Positions 15,981-25,477 of a stretch of DNA of 64,000 bases are shown one piece after another. The first letter of the stretch is position 1. Every line of letters starts with the position of its first letter. Under the pieces are notes generated by a model that was not told the origin of the DNA, did no database searches, and saw nothing but the letters and a program-made list of their open reading frames with translations. Position numbers and translations under genes: made by a program. Origin of the DNA: Lachnospiraceae bacterium (GTDB taxonomy: Bacteria > Bacillota > Clostridia > Lachnospirales > Lachnospiraceae); contig SVFT01000002.1 of assembly GCA_015056735.1 (NCBI GenBank), positions 100,432-164,431 on the forward strand, read 5' to 3'.

Positions 15981-17733
15981 GAGATGTACCTTTTCCTTCC
16001 GGCGAGATGGGGACCCTTACATGAACGGTTGCCATCTCATCCTTGTTTTCAAGCGTCAGACCGTAGGAATCGCCATAGGTATAGCGCAGACGCTTGTGAA
16101 TATTCAAAAGACCGATCCCGAATCCGTGCGGGAGAACGGTTTTATTGCTCAGATTTTCCAGAAGATCGTCGGGAAACTCCGATCCGCTGTTTTGCACGGT
16201 GAAAACGAGGTCGTCGCCGTCTTTTTGGGCGGTGATGAGGATAAAAGTGGTGTCCAAATTCTCCTCAACGCCGTATCTTACGGCATTTTCCACGATTGGC
16301 TGCAGGATCAGACGCGGAACAGGGATCGGATAGTATTCTTCCGGAATATCGATCCTGTATTCCAGACGCTTTTCATAGCGGATCTTCTGGATCGTCAGAT
16401 ACGCTTCCTGCATCTCCACGGCGTCGCCTACCGTAAACGGGGCGTCGACATTGCTGATCGACATACGCAGGATCTTGCCGAGTGATTCGACCATCAGGGA
16501 GATGTGATCGGCGCCGATCGCCTTGGCGTTCCAGTTGATCGAATTCAGCGTGTTATAGAGAAAATGCGGATTGATCTGCGCTCGAAGCGCCTGCAGTTCC
16601 GCTTTTTGCTTCAGGAGTTCGTTTTTATAATTCTCGCGGATCAGCGTATTGATCCGGTCCGTCATGGCATCGAACTGGTTGTGCAAAGCGCCGAGTTCGT
16701 CTGTACGATCCGAATAATCAAAGACGAAGAGCGGCTCGATCGGCTGCTGCTTGCGGAAGCAGATGATCTTGCTCATGAGGTTATCAAGATGCCGCAAAGT
16801 GGACTCGATCGCACCCTGCCCGAGGAAGATGATCAGTATCGTAATGAAGACCGTACAGAGAAGAACGAACATCTGCGTTCTTTCCAGAAGCTGCTGCATG
16901 CTTGTATAGTCCAGGAGATAGATATAACTCCAGCCGTAGCTTGCAAGCTTTCCTTTGACGGCAAAATAAGTCTTGCCATCGTACGGAAGAAGCCCGTAGT
17001 CACCCTTCATATCACGCGAGATCGTGGTGGCGGCCTTTTCGTCGAGGCTGTCCGAGTGATAGAAAAGCGAGTCACCGGAATGGAGGATCAATGCCTGATT
17101 GCCGGATGACGTCAGATTTTCCATGGTGCGGTTCATCAGCTGCCTGATGTCGACGCCGACCAAAACAGCCCCGAGGTTATTGAGGGACAGATCCGATGCT
17201 TGCCTGACAGCTCTGATAAGGATGAGGCCGAATTCGCCCTTTTCGTCGTTTATAAAACTCGGCACACCTTCGTTTGCAAGCGCCTGCTGCAGGATCGAAG
17301 AATGCGTGGAAGGAGACATCCGTCCGGTGGAAGCAAGTCGCGTCCCGATCTGCGTGATGGGTGTCTGTAGACTTAAGAATGTGACGATGTCGTCAGGACT
17401 TTCATATTGCATCTGCTGCAGATAGATGCTGAGGATCTGCGTGACACGCTTTTTTTCCGAGTAGTTGGAAGTGCTGCGAAGCGTGTTCATATGCATCTGT
17501 ACTTCGGGCGATGAAGCGATCGTTTTGGAAAGTGTCTTGAGTGAATCGAGCTGACGCTCGAGCTCGCGTCCCGTATAGGCGAGACGTGCAGCCGTTTCGT
17601 TGAACAGAACCTCACGGTGCCGCTCGGTGACGATGCTGAAAACAACAGACAGCGACCCGACGATCATGGCATTGGAAAGCAGTATGATGATCAGGAACTT
17701 CGTACGCATGGAAATTCCCGCAAATTTTCTCAT
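15958..17733 (-). CDS. sensor histidine kinase, YesM/LytS-YehU type (two TM, HAMP, His_kinase, HATPase)
   Basis: QINPHFLYNTLNSI H-box, then ILQPIVENAVRYG and GFGIGLLNIHKRL. The start is uncertain (17733 or 17772). Confidence 0.85.
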   Translation of the reverse strand: MRKFAGISMRTKFLIIILLSNAMIVGSLSVVFSIVTERHREVLFNETAARLAYTGRELERQLDSLKTLSKTIASSPEVQMHMNTLRSTSNYSEKKRVTQILSIYLQQMQYESPDDIVTFLSLQTPITQIGTRLASTGRMSPSTHSSILQQALANEGVPSFINDEKGEFGLILIRAVRQASDLSLNNLGAVLVGVDIRQLMNRTMENLTSSGNQALILHSGDSLFYHSDSLDEKAATTISRDMKGDYGLLPYDGKTYFAVKGKLASYGWSYIYLLDYTSMQQLLERTQMFVLLCTVFITILIIFLGQGAIESTLRHLDNLMSKIICFRKQQPIEPLFVFDYSDRTDELGALHNQFDAMTDRINTLIRENYKNELLKQKAELQALRAQINPHFLYNTLNSINWNAKAIGADHISLMVESLGKILRMSISNVDAPFTVGDAVEMQEAYLTIQKIRYEKRLEYRIDIPEEYYPIPVPRLILQPIVENAVRYGVEENLDTTFILITAQKDGDDLVFTVQNSGSEFPDDLLENLSNKTVLPHGFGIGLLNIHKRLRYTYGDSYGLTLENKDEMATVHVRVPISPEGKGTSHAETDHC

Positions 17734-17851
17734 AATGGTTTGAAAGGTTCGCACAGAGCCGCCTCTTGACACTTATGTTTTGAATCATTAGATTAGTGGT
17801 AACAGTTTCAAACACAGAATACAGGGATTGAACCGCATTTGCAAGGAAGTA

Positions 17852-19171
17852 ATGAAAAAGACTTTTCTGTTCGCGGTCCTGCCGTTCATGGCAGTATTGT
17901 TTGCCGCGATCCTCTATTTATTTTTACATATGAAACCCCATGATCAGCTGCCGGAGGCCGAAAAAAGTGAGAAGAAACTTGCCTTTTCCTGGATGGGTGA
18001 CAACGTATTCGGCGCGGATGTGCAGGAGGGCCTGACCTCCTATGAGAAGCGGCATCCGGGGATCTCATTTTCCTTAAGTTACGGCTCGGACAACGGCTAT
18101 TGGGACCGGCTGTACATGGCGGCTGCCAATCATGAACTGCCCGATCTGATGGTGCTGGACTATGGGCACATTGGCGTTTTCGCGGAGAAAAAGCTGCTCT
18201 TCCCAATTGATTCCTATATCGAAAGCGGCAGGATATCGGTGGAGGGGATCGCTCCGATGCTTCTTGCGTGCGGACAGTTCGGCGGTCGGCAGGTCGGTAT
18301 CCCGATCGGGATCAAAGCACCCGCACTTCTTTACAACGAGGCGATCACGACGCAGGCGGGCATAACGCTCAGGGACGGGATGACGCTCTCCGAGTTTGCG
18401 CTGGATTGCCGACGCGTCTATAACCAGACCAGATATAAGACGCTGCTCCCCGAAGAGCAGTCTCTGAATCTCCTTTCATACATTCTTCGCGGCGAAGGGA
18501 AAAGCGTTTTCGGAGAAAACGGACCCGGCTATGAGGATCCCATGGATACGCTCCCGTTCTTTGAGCTGTATGAGACGGCTTCCCGCGAGGGCTGGGCTTT
18601 TGACAGGAACGCATTCGGACAGACGGAAAGTGACAGCATCGCGGAGAGCCCGCTGACGAGCGGAAACGGGCCGAGCAATATGAGCTGGTGCGGATTTTAT
18701 CATTCCAACGATCTTGTGACGGGGCAGAAAGGTGCAAAAACGGGTGTGGAGCTCGCAATCACGACCTGGCCGTCCGATCATTTTGACCGGTCGATCTTCT
18801 ATGTGCCGAGCGGATTTTATACGATCGCAGCCTACACGGATTGGGGGCAGGAATGCGCGAATGTGATCAATGCCTTCAGCCATGAGCAGATCCATCTCGA
18901 TAAGATCATGGGCGGAATGGGGCTGGCTGCCGACAAGAGTTATCGGCGATGGCAGAAGGGCAGCGTCGATCCGGTCAGAACGAAAGAAATGGAATATCTC
19001 GAAAACATCGTGCTCCCGAAGGCCGGAGAGATCCCGAAGCCGTATCGGGCGGAGCATGAACGCCTGAATGCACTTCTGATCCGCCTGGAGAATGAGATCC
19101 TGGTCGGGTCGATCACGGCGAGTGAGGCAGCAGAGAGGTTTTATCAGGAAGCGTGGGAAAGATCGAAATGA
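17852..19171 (+). CDS. extracellular solute-binding protein (family 1), membrane-anchored, no adjacent ABC permeases
   Basis: N-terminal uncleaved hydrophobic anchor with no lipobox Cys, and a family-1 SBP-like body. Divergent from the YesMN pair. ATG follows AAGGAAG. Confidence 0.7.
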   Translation: MKKTFLFAVLPFMAVLFAAILYLFLHMKPHDQLPEAEKSEKKLAFSWMGDNVFGADVQEGLTSYEKRHPGISFSLSYGSDNGYWDRLYMAAANHELPDLMVLDYGHIGVFAEKKLLFPIDSYIESGRISVEGIAPMLLACGQFGGRQVGIPIGIKAPALLYNEAITTQAGITLRDGMTLSEFALDCRRVYNQTRYKTLLPEEQSLNLLSYILRGEGKSVFGENGPGYEDPMDTLPFFELYETASREGWAFDRNAFGQTESDSIAESPLTSGNGPSNMSWCGFYHSNDLVTGQKGAKTGVELAITTWPSDHFDRSIFYVPSGFYTIAAYTDWGQECANVINAFSHEQIHLDKIMGGMGLAADKSYRRWQKGSVDPVRTKEMEYLENIVLPKAGEIPKPYRAEHERLNALLIRLENEILVGSITASEAAERFYQEAWERSK

Positions 19172-19318
19172 TCGTGTTTCGGTCCCCGCGCTTTTTCACT
19201 TTTATGTGCTAAATTTTTTTATAAGATTTTTATAAAGATTTTCTTAGAACAGACGGATTACGAATTGCGAATATGATATAGTAAGTATATGTATTGAAAT
19301 ATATGACGGAGGTATAGG

Positions 19319-21331
19319 ATGAAAAAGGAAAAGGAAAAGAAAACCGGAAAACTGAGCACGCAGCTGTTGATCATTTTACTTCCGATGATCGCCGTGTTCA
19401 TTATTGCTATTGCGCTTCTTATCTTCATAAGATCGAGAAGCGTGATTATTGACACCGCACAGGCGAGCCTGCGGAACGAATCAGCCTCGTATGCCAACGA
19501 TATCGGCGGACGGATCGGCAAGATTATGGGCTACTATGATGCAGTTGCGGATGTTGTCACGAAGACGCCGTATGCAGATGAAACAGGGATGGTGAAGTCT
19601 CTTGAGATATGCATGTCAGCATTTAATGAGACGCCGACCGGCATCTATTTCGGCTTCTCCGATAAAAGCTATCTGGATCCGTCCGGCTGGGTGCCGGATG
19701 AGGGATACGACCCAACGACGCGAGACTGGTATGTGGACGGTACCGGTAAGAACAAGATGACGATGGGCGCAGCATATCTTGACCTCGATTCCAATTCGAT
19801 GGTCGTTTCGATCTCTCGTGAGATCGGCCTTTTAAACGGGAAAACCGGCGTGGCCGCTGTCGATGTCCGTCTCGGGGAGATCTCCGATCAGGTGGCGGAG
19901 TATAAGCCGGGCAAGACAGGACAGTCGATCCTTCTTGATGGAGAGACGATTCTCGCTGCCGTTAATAAAGATTACAACGGGAAGAAGGCTTCCGAGATCT
20001 CGGGCGATGCGTTCGTGCAGAGACTTGGCGCGCAGGTTAAGGCCGGCGCTGACACGCTTCAGACGATCAAAGGGAATGACGGCGGTGACTATTATGTTTC
20101 CTTTGATGCGGTTCCCAATACAACATGGACGATGGTTTCCTTTGTACCGAAAAATGATGTGCTTGCGGAACTTTCGACACTGACGATCGTTACTACCGTT
20201 CTCGTGATCCTGATGCTGATCGTAAGTACTGTTGTCATCATGATGATCATTAAAAAGAAGATCACAACGCCGGTACGTGAGCTGACAGATAACATCGTAC
20301 ATATCGCAGACGGCGATTTTACCATCAATATCCGTAAGGGCGGCAACAACGAGATCGGTGTCATGAACAACCGGATGTCCGATTATGTTGAGACGATGAA
20401 GGAGACGCTCGGCAGGATGAAAGATGTTACGGAAAAGCTGTCAGAAGAGTCCGAGAACAGCAGGAATGCCTCCGCATCGCTGAACCAGCAGGCTGCGGAG
20501 CAGAGCGAGTCGATGGGCAATATCCGTGAGACGATGAACGATGTTTCCAATTCCGTGACGGAGCTTGCGACCAATGCAACGGAGCTTGCACAGGCTGTGG
20601 GCGAGATGACGGATCAGGGCAATGCGGTCGGTGAGACGATGGAAACACTTCTGTCCAAGGCAAAACAGGGTCAGAAGGATATGGAGAATGTCCGCAAGAA
20701 TATGGGCGAGATCTCCGAGTCTATGTCCGAGATGAACGAAGTCGTTCGTACGGTCGATGAAGCGGCCAACAAGATCAACACGATCGTGGAGATGATCAAT
20801 GCCATCTCCTCTCAGACCAATCTGTTATCGCTCAATGCCTCTATTGAGGCGGCGCGTGCGGGAGAGGCCGGCAAGGGATTTGCCGTAGTGGCGACAGAGA
20901 TCGGCAATCTGGCCAATGAAAGTGCCAACGCGACGACCGAGATCAGTCAGATCATTACGGACATCACATCGCAGATCAGAAAACTCGCTGAGCAGTCCGA
21001 AGCAAGTTCGCAGGATATCTCATCGAGCAGTGAGGCTGTCAGTGTGACGGAGCAGACGTTCAACGATATCTTCAAGTCGCTGGATGATGCGGGAATGCTG
21101 GTTCGGAATATGGTCAAGAAGATGGACGAAGTCAATGACATCGCATCTTCCGTGGCGGCGATCTCGGAAGAGCAGGCTGCAAGCACCGAAGAAGTAACGG
21201 CTACGGTTGAAACGGCTACAAACAGTGCGGAGAACGTTGCGGCTGAGAGCCGTGAAGTAGACCAGAGTGCGGAGACGGTTTCCGATTCCGCCGAGAAGAT
21301 CGAGAGCTTTGTCGATATGTTCAGGATCTAA
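19319..21331 (+). CDS. methyl-accepting chemotaxis protein (dCache sensor, HAMP, MCP signalling domain)
   Basis: YDPTTRDWY dCache signature, a second TM, HAMP, and the conserved hairpin SSQTNLLSLNASIEAARAGEAGKGFAVVATEI. Confidence 0.9.
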   Translation: MKKEKEKKTGKLSTQLLIILLPMIAVFIIAIALLIFIRSRSVIIDTAQASLRNESASYANDIGGRIGKIMGYYDAVADVVTKTPYADETGMVKSLEICMSAFNETPTGIYFGFSDKSYLDPSGWVPDEGYDPTTRDWYVDGTGKNKMTMGAAYLDLDSNSMVVSISREIGLLNGKTGVAAVDVRLGEISDQVAEYKPGKTGQSILLDGETILAAVNKDYNGKKASEISGDAFVQRLGAQVKAGADTLQTIKGNDGGDYYVSFDAVPNTTWTMVSFVPKNDVLAELSTLTIVTTVLVILMLIVSTVVIMMIIKKKITTPVRELTDNIVHIADGDFTINIRKGGNNEIGVMNNRMSDYVETMKETLGRMKDVTEKLSEESENSRNASASLNQQAAEQSESMGNIRETMNDVSNSVTELATNATELAQAVGEMTDQGNAVGETMETLLSKAKQGQKDMENVRKNMGEISESMSEMNEVVRTVDEAANKINTIVEMINAISSQTNLLSLNASIEAARAGEAGKGFAVVATEIGNLANESANATTEISQIITDITSQIRKLAEQSEASSQDISSSSEAVSVTEQTFNDIFKSLDDAGMLVRNMVKKMDEVNDIASSVAAISEEQAASTEEVTATVETATNSAENVAAESREVDQSAETVSDSAEKIESFVDMFRI

Positions 21332-21361
21332 AGCGGCTTCATACGAAGAATACGATAAACG

Positions 21362-21391
21362 CCCGGTACAGCAATGTGCCGGGTGTTTTTT
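21362..21391 (+). terminator. rho-independent terminator after the MCP gene
   Basis: CCCGGTACA-GCAA-TGTGCCGGG followed by TGTTTTTT. Confidence 0.75.
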
Positions 21392-21515
21392 ATGCGCTGA
21401 AACTGTTTTTTGAAAAAGTCGGTTTTTTGCAAACGCACCTCTTTTATTTAAATTGTATATAAAAACTCTGTTTGCTAATAATAAATTATGAAATTTGCAG
21501 AAAGGAGTTAAGGTA

Positions 21516-22031
21516 TTGGGGAAGTGTTTAAATGCAATCTGTAAGTTTGCGGAAGTGATCGCGGCCGTTTTATTGGCGATCATGTGCACACTGGTGTTTG
21601 CAAATGTTTTGACACGCTATGTATTCCATTATGCGATCCCGTGGTCGGAAGAGATGGCAAGATTCCTTGAGATCTGGGTCTGCTTTTTGGGCGCGGCACT
21701 GCTTTACAAGGAAGACGGTCACATGGGACTGGATATTTTGGTAAAAGTACTCCCGAAGCAGGTCGCGAGGATCTGTCAGGTGGTTGTAGATTGTCTTGTA
21801 CTCTACATCGCATGGCTCATCGGCTTTGGCGGTTATCAGCTGACGGCAAGTAACATGGCGTGGAAAGCACCGGCAACAGGACTTTCTTATGCATGGAAGT
21901 TTGGCATCACCGTTGCAGCCGCAGCACTGATCATGATCTTTGCGGTAACAAAGCTGTACTGGCATATACTCAGCATCATCAAAAACAAAGATCTGATCGA
22001 AACAAAGAAGACAGGAGGTGGCGACTTATGA
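21516..22031 (+). CDS. TRAP transporter small permease (DctQ family)
   Basis: Four-TM profile with LTRYVF...PWSEEMARFLEIWVCFLGAA. The TTG start after AAAGGAG is inferred; the ORF opens at 21495. Confidence 0.75.
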   Translation: MGKCLNAICKFAEVIAAVLLAIMCTLVFANVLTRYVFHYAIPWSEEMARFLEIWVCFLGAALLYKEDGHMGLDILVKVLPKQVARICQVVVDCLVLYIAWLIGFGGYQLTASNMAWKAPATGLSYAWKFGITVAAAALIMIFAVTKLYWHILSIIKNKDLIETKKTGGGDL

Positions 22032-23314
22032 TGCTTTTGATCTTTCTTGTCGTATTGTTCGGCACGCTGCTTCTGTATCTTCCCGTAGGCTTTTGCCTTG
22101 CGGTATCCGGCGTCGTATTGATGTCGATCATGACGGGTGACATTACAGCGGCCAATGTGGCGCAGAACATTGTTCGTGGGGTAGACAGTGTTCCGCTGAT
22201 GGCGATCCCGTTCTTTGTACTTGCCGGCGAAGTAATGAATGTCGGCGGTATCTCGCAGCGTATCGTACGCTTTGCAAAAGCGCTGCTCGGCCACGTAAGA
22301 GGCGGCCTCGGTTATACATCCGTCTTTGCGAGCATGCTTTTTGCCGGAATCTCCGGATCGGCGATCGCGGATACGACGGCAGTCGGCTCGATCCTCCTTC
22401 CTTTGATGGAAGAGGACGGTTACGAAAAGGATGAATCCACGGCACTGATCATTTCGGCGGGTACGATCGGACCGATCATTCCGCCTTCCATGCCGATGAT
22501 CATCTTCGGATGCTGCGCGAGTGTCTCGATCTCAAAGCTTTTTATGGGTGGTATCATCCCGGGACTTCTGATCGGACTTGCCCTGATGATCATGTGGAAG
22601 ATTCATTGCAAGAGACGTCCCGAGATCTATAAGAAGCACAAGAAAGCATCCGCAAAAGAGCGTCTGATCGCACTGAAAGAAGCGAGCTGGGCGATCCTTT
22701 TGCCGGTCATCATCCTGGGCGGCGTGCTCACCGGCGTATGCACGGCAACGGAATGTGGTGTTGTTGCGGTATTCTACGCACTGTTCGTGGGATTCTTCGT
22801 ATATCGAGAGCTGAAACCGAAGCATATCCTTCCGATCCTGATCTCGACGGTAAAAAGTACGGCTTCCGTCATGTTTGTTGTGGGAACGGCAACACTTGCC
22901 GCATACTACATCACAACGGCCGGGATCCCCGGCATGCTGACGGAAACGCTTTTATCCATTTCGGATAATAAGTTTGTCGTTGTTCTTTTGATCAACATTC
23001 TGCTTCTTTTGGTAGGATGTGTTATGGACCTGACACCGGCGATCCTGATTCTGGCACCGATTCTGGTTCCCGTGGTCACACAGCTCGGTTACGATCCGAT
23101 CTGGTTTGGTGTTGTTATGGTATGTAACCTTTGCATCGGCATCATCACACCGCCTGTCGGAACCGTTCTGTATGTCGGATGCGGCTTATCCGGTCTTTCC
23201 ATGATGGAAGTTGTAAAGCCGTGTCTTAAATTTATGGCGGCAATGTTCATCTGTCTGATGATCATTTCCTATATACCGGAATTGGTTATGCTGATTCCGA
23301 ATCTAATGGGGTAG
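22028..23314 (+). CDS. TRAP transporter large permease (DctM family)
   Basis: MMLLIFLVVLFG... polytopic protein with a DctM-like GISQRIV and GSAIADT. ATGA overlap with the DctQ stop. Confidence 0.9.
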   Translation: MMLLIFLVVLFGTLLLYLPVGFCLAVSGVVLMSIMTGDITAANVAQNIVRGVDSVPLMAIPFFVLAGEVMNVGGISQRIVRFAKALLGHVRGGLGYTSVFASMLFAGISGSAIADTTAVGSILLPLMEEDGYEKDESTALIISAGTIGPIIPPSMPMIIFGCCASVSISKLFMGGIIPGLLIGLALMIMWKIHCKRRPEIYKKHKKASAKERLIALKEASWAILLPVIILGGVLTGVCTATECGVVAVFYALFVGFFVYRELKPKHILPILISTVKSTASVMFVVGTATLAAYYITTAGIPGMLTETLLSISDNKFVVVLLINILLLLVGCVMDLTPAILILAPILVPVVTQLGYDPIWFGVVMVCNLCIGIITPPVGTVLYVGCGLSGLSMMEVVKPCLKFMAAMFICLMIISYIPELVMLIPNLMG

Positions 23315-23341
23315 ATAGTTAGAAAGAGAGGGTAAAAACGA

Positions 23342-24427
23342 ATGAAACGAAAACTCATGTCAGTATTGTTAACGGGTGTTATGGTGCTTTCGCTGACAGC
23401 CTGCGGCCAGGCAGCTGGCAGCGGCAATGCGGCAGATACCTCCAAATCTCCTGATTCTGCAGCACCTGCAGCGCAGGCAGCGGCACCCGCGGCCGACTCG
23501 GCAAGCGGTAAGACTGTAATCAAGATCGCATCCGGTCTTACCGCACAGGCGGCTGAAAATGTAGGCGCATACGAATTCGAGAAGATAATCGAAGAGAAGT
23601 ATCCCGAATTCGATGTGCAGGTTTATACAGATGCTCAGCTCGGTGATGACACCGCATGTGCACAGGATGTTTCGATGGGCAACTTAGAGGCGGTTATCCT
23701 GTCTCCGTCCGTGCTGACCGGCATGTGCAGTTCTCTGTCGGTATTCGATCTTCCGTTCCTGTTCCCGAACTATGAGGCGGCAGATGCGGTTATGGAATCC
23801 GACGTGGCAAAGGATATCGCAACGGAACTTGCAGGCAACGGCCTTCATGTTCTTGCATGGTATGAGAACGGCTTCCGTCAGCTGACCAATTCCAAAGTAG
23901 ATGTACACACACCTGCAGACGTAGCCGGATTAAAGATCCGTACCATGGAAAATGAGATCCATCTTGCAGCATTCAAGGCACTTGGCGCCGTTCCGACACC
24001 GATGGCTTTCTCCGAAGTTTTCACAGCTATGGAATCCGGCACGATCGACGGTCAGGAGAATCCGATCTCCACGATCTATCTGAATTCCTTCTATGAAGTA
24101 AACAAATACTGCTCACTGACCAATCATGTATACGGTCCCAAGCTCTTCTTGCTGAGCGAGTCTCTGTTCCAGAAACTGACAGACGAGCAGAAAGCATTCT
24201 TCGAAGAAGCAGCTGCAAAGTCTGCCGTAACAGACAAGGAAGTAAACAGAAAGCAGTGCGATGACTATATCCAGAGCCTTCGTGATGCCGGCATGACAGT
24301 AACCGAACTGACCAATGAAGAGCATCAGGCGTTTGTAGATGCAACCGCACCGATCTATGATGAGTTCAAGTCCCAGATCGGCGAGGACCTCATCAAAAAA
24401 GTGCAGGATGTTTGTGCAAAATACTAA
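23342..24427 (+). CDS. TRAP transporter substrate-binding lipoprotein (DctP family)
   Basis: Lipobox LSLTAC; DctP-like FDLPFLF and ENGFRQLTN. Confidence 0.9.
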   Translation: MKRKLMSVLLTGVMVLSLTACGQAAGSGNAADTSKSPDSAAPAAQAAAPAADSASGKTVIKIASGLTAQAAENVGAYEFEKIIEEKYPEFDVQVYTDAQLGDDTACAQDVSMGNLEAVILSPSVLTGMCSSLSVFDLPFLFPNYEAADAVMESDVAKDIATELAGNGLHVLAWYENGFRQLTNSKVDVHTPADVAGLKIRTMENEIHLAAFKALGAVPTPMAFSEVFTAMESGTIDGQENPISTIYLNSFYEVNKYCSLTNHVYGPKLFLLSESLFQKLTDEQKAFFEEAAAKSAVTDKEVNRKQCDDYIQSLRDAGMTVTELTNEEHQAFVDATAPIYDEFKSQIGEDLIKKVQDVCAKY

Positions 24428-24450
24428 ATGGATAGACTGAGGGCTTAGAT

Positions 24451-25209
24451 ATGAACGTAAAAGGAAAAAGTATTCTGATCACCGGCGGTGCCGGCGGGCT
24501 CGGATCCGTGATGGCAAAACTGCTTGCCAAAAACGGTGCGACCATCTTTATCCTGGATCTTCCCGTTGCTGAGAAGTCGGCAAACGAGCTGATCGCAGAG
24601 ATCGAAAAAGACGGTGGCGAAGCATATTTCGAGCCGATCGACGGAACAAAAGAAGAGGACTGGAAGAGAGTCGTAGGATCCGTCGGATCAAAAGGAAAGA
24701 GAATTGATGTGCTGATCAACAATGCCGGCATCAATATCCGCAAACCGGTTGAAGAGATCAGTATGGACGAGTGGATGACGATGATGTCCGTTAATGTCGG
24801 CGGCGTATTCTTAGGGATCAAGTATTCGATCCCGGTAATGCGCAGTCAGGGCGGCGGGCTGATCATCAACACATCTTCCGTGTGCGGCCTGATCGGCCAT
24901 AAGTTTACGCCGGAAGCATATACCGCAACGAAAGGTGCCGTTACGATGCTGACCAAAGCGATCGCATCCAGATACGGAAAAGATAATATCCGTTGCAATT
25001 CGATCCATCCCAGCACAGTGGACACACCGCTTGTGCATGAGAGATTGAAAGATCCGCAGTTTGCCAGCGAGCGTCTTGGCGAAGTACCGCTTGGACGTCT
25101 TGCGACAGCAGATGATGTAGCCAATACGGTACTGTTTCTTGCATCCGATGAAGCAAGCTTCATAAACGGTGCGGCAGTTCCGATCGACGGTGGCGTGACT
25201 TGCTATTAA
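24451..25209 (+). CDS. SDR family NAD(P)-dependent oxidoreductase
   Basis: TGGAGGLG Rossmann motif, NNAG, and the catalytic YTATK (YxxxK). Confidence 0.9.
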   Translation: MNVKGKSILITGGAGGLGSVMAKLLAKNGATIFILDLPVAEKSANELIAEIEKDGGEAYFEPIDGTKEEDWKRVVGSVGSKGKRIDVLINNAGINIRKPVEEISMDEWMTMMSVNVGGVFLGIKYSIPVMRSQGGGLIINTSSVCGLIGHKFTPEAYTATKGAVTMLTKAIASRYGKDNIRCNSIHPSTVDTPLVHERLKDPQFASERLGEVPLGRLATADDVANTVLFLASDEASFINGAAVPIDGGVTCY

Positions 25210-25362
25210 AAAGGTGTTTTCCATATCCCCTAAATAAAGAATGGTTTTTTGGAAAGCCGGCTTTTCGATGCAGCTATGTATCGGATAGCCGGTTTTTCAA
25301 TTTATGCGGCACTGCCGCTTCGGGCCGGACAAAATGTGGAAAGATAAAGAATTTATAAATTG

Positions 25363-25389
25363 TTAGCACTCACACTTGTCGAGTGCTAA
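25363..25389 (+). promoter_or_regulatory. CIRCE operator (HrcA binding site) upstream of clpB
   Basis: Perfect TTAGCACTC-N9-GAGTGCTAA, directly after a TATAAA -10-like hexamer. Confidence 0.9.
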
Positions 25390-25477
25390 TCCGTGTGATA
25401 TAACTAAAGCAGGAACGGTGAGAGGAGCACCGGATCCTGCTTTTTCTTATTTAAATACACCGTAAGGAGGTGTTTCC

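Noticed and set aside
21860-22027. N-terminal extension of the DctM ORF (track start 21860), which could suggest a DctQ-DctM fusion.
   Set aside because: The extension is in a different frame from DctQ and overlaps it completely. The DctM-like sequence begins at MMLLIF (22028), at an ATGA overlap with the DctQ stop. These are two separate genes.
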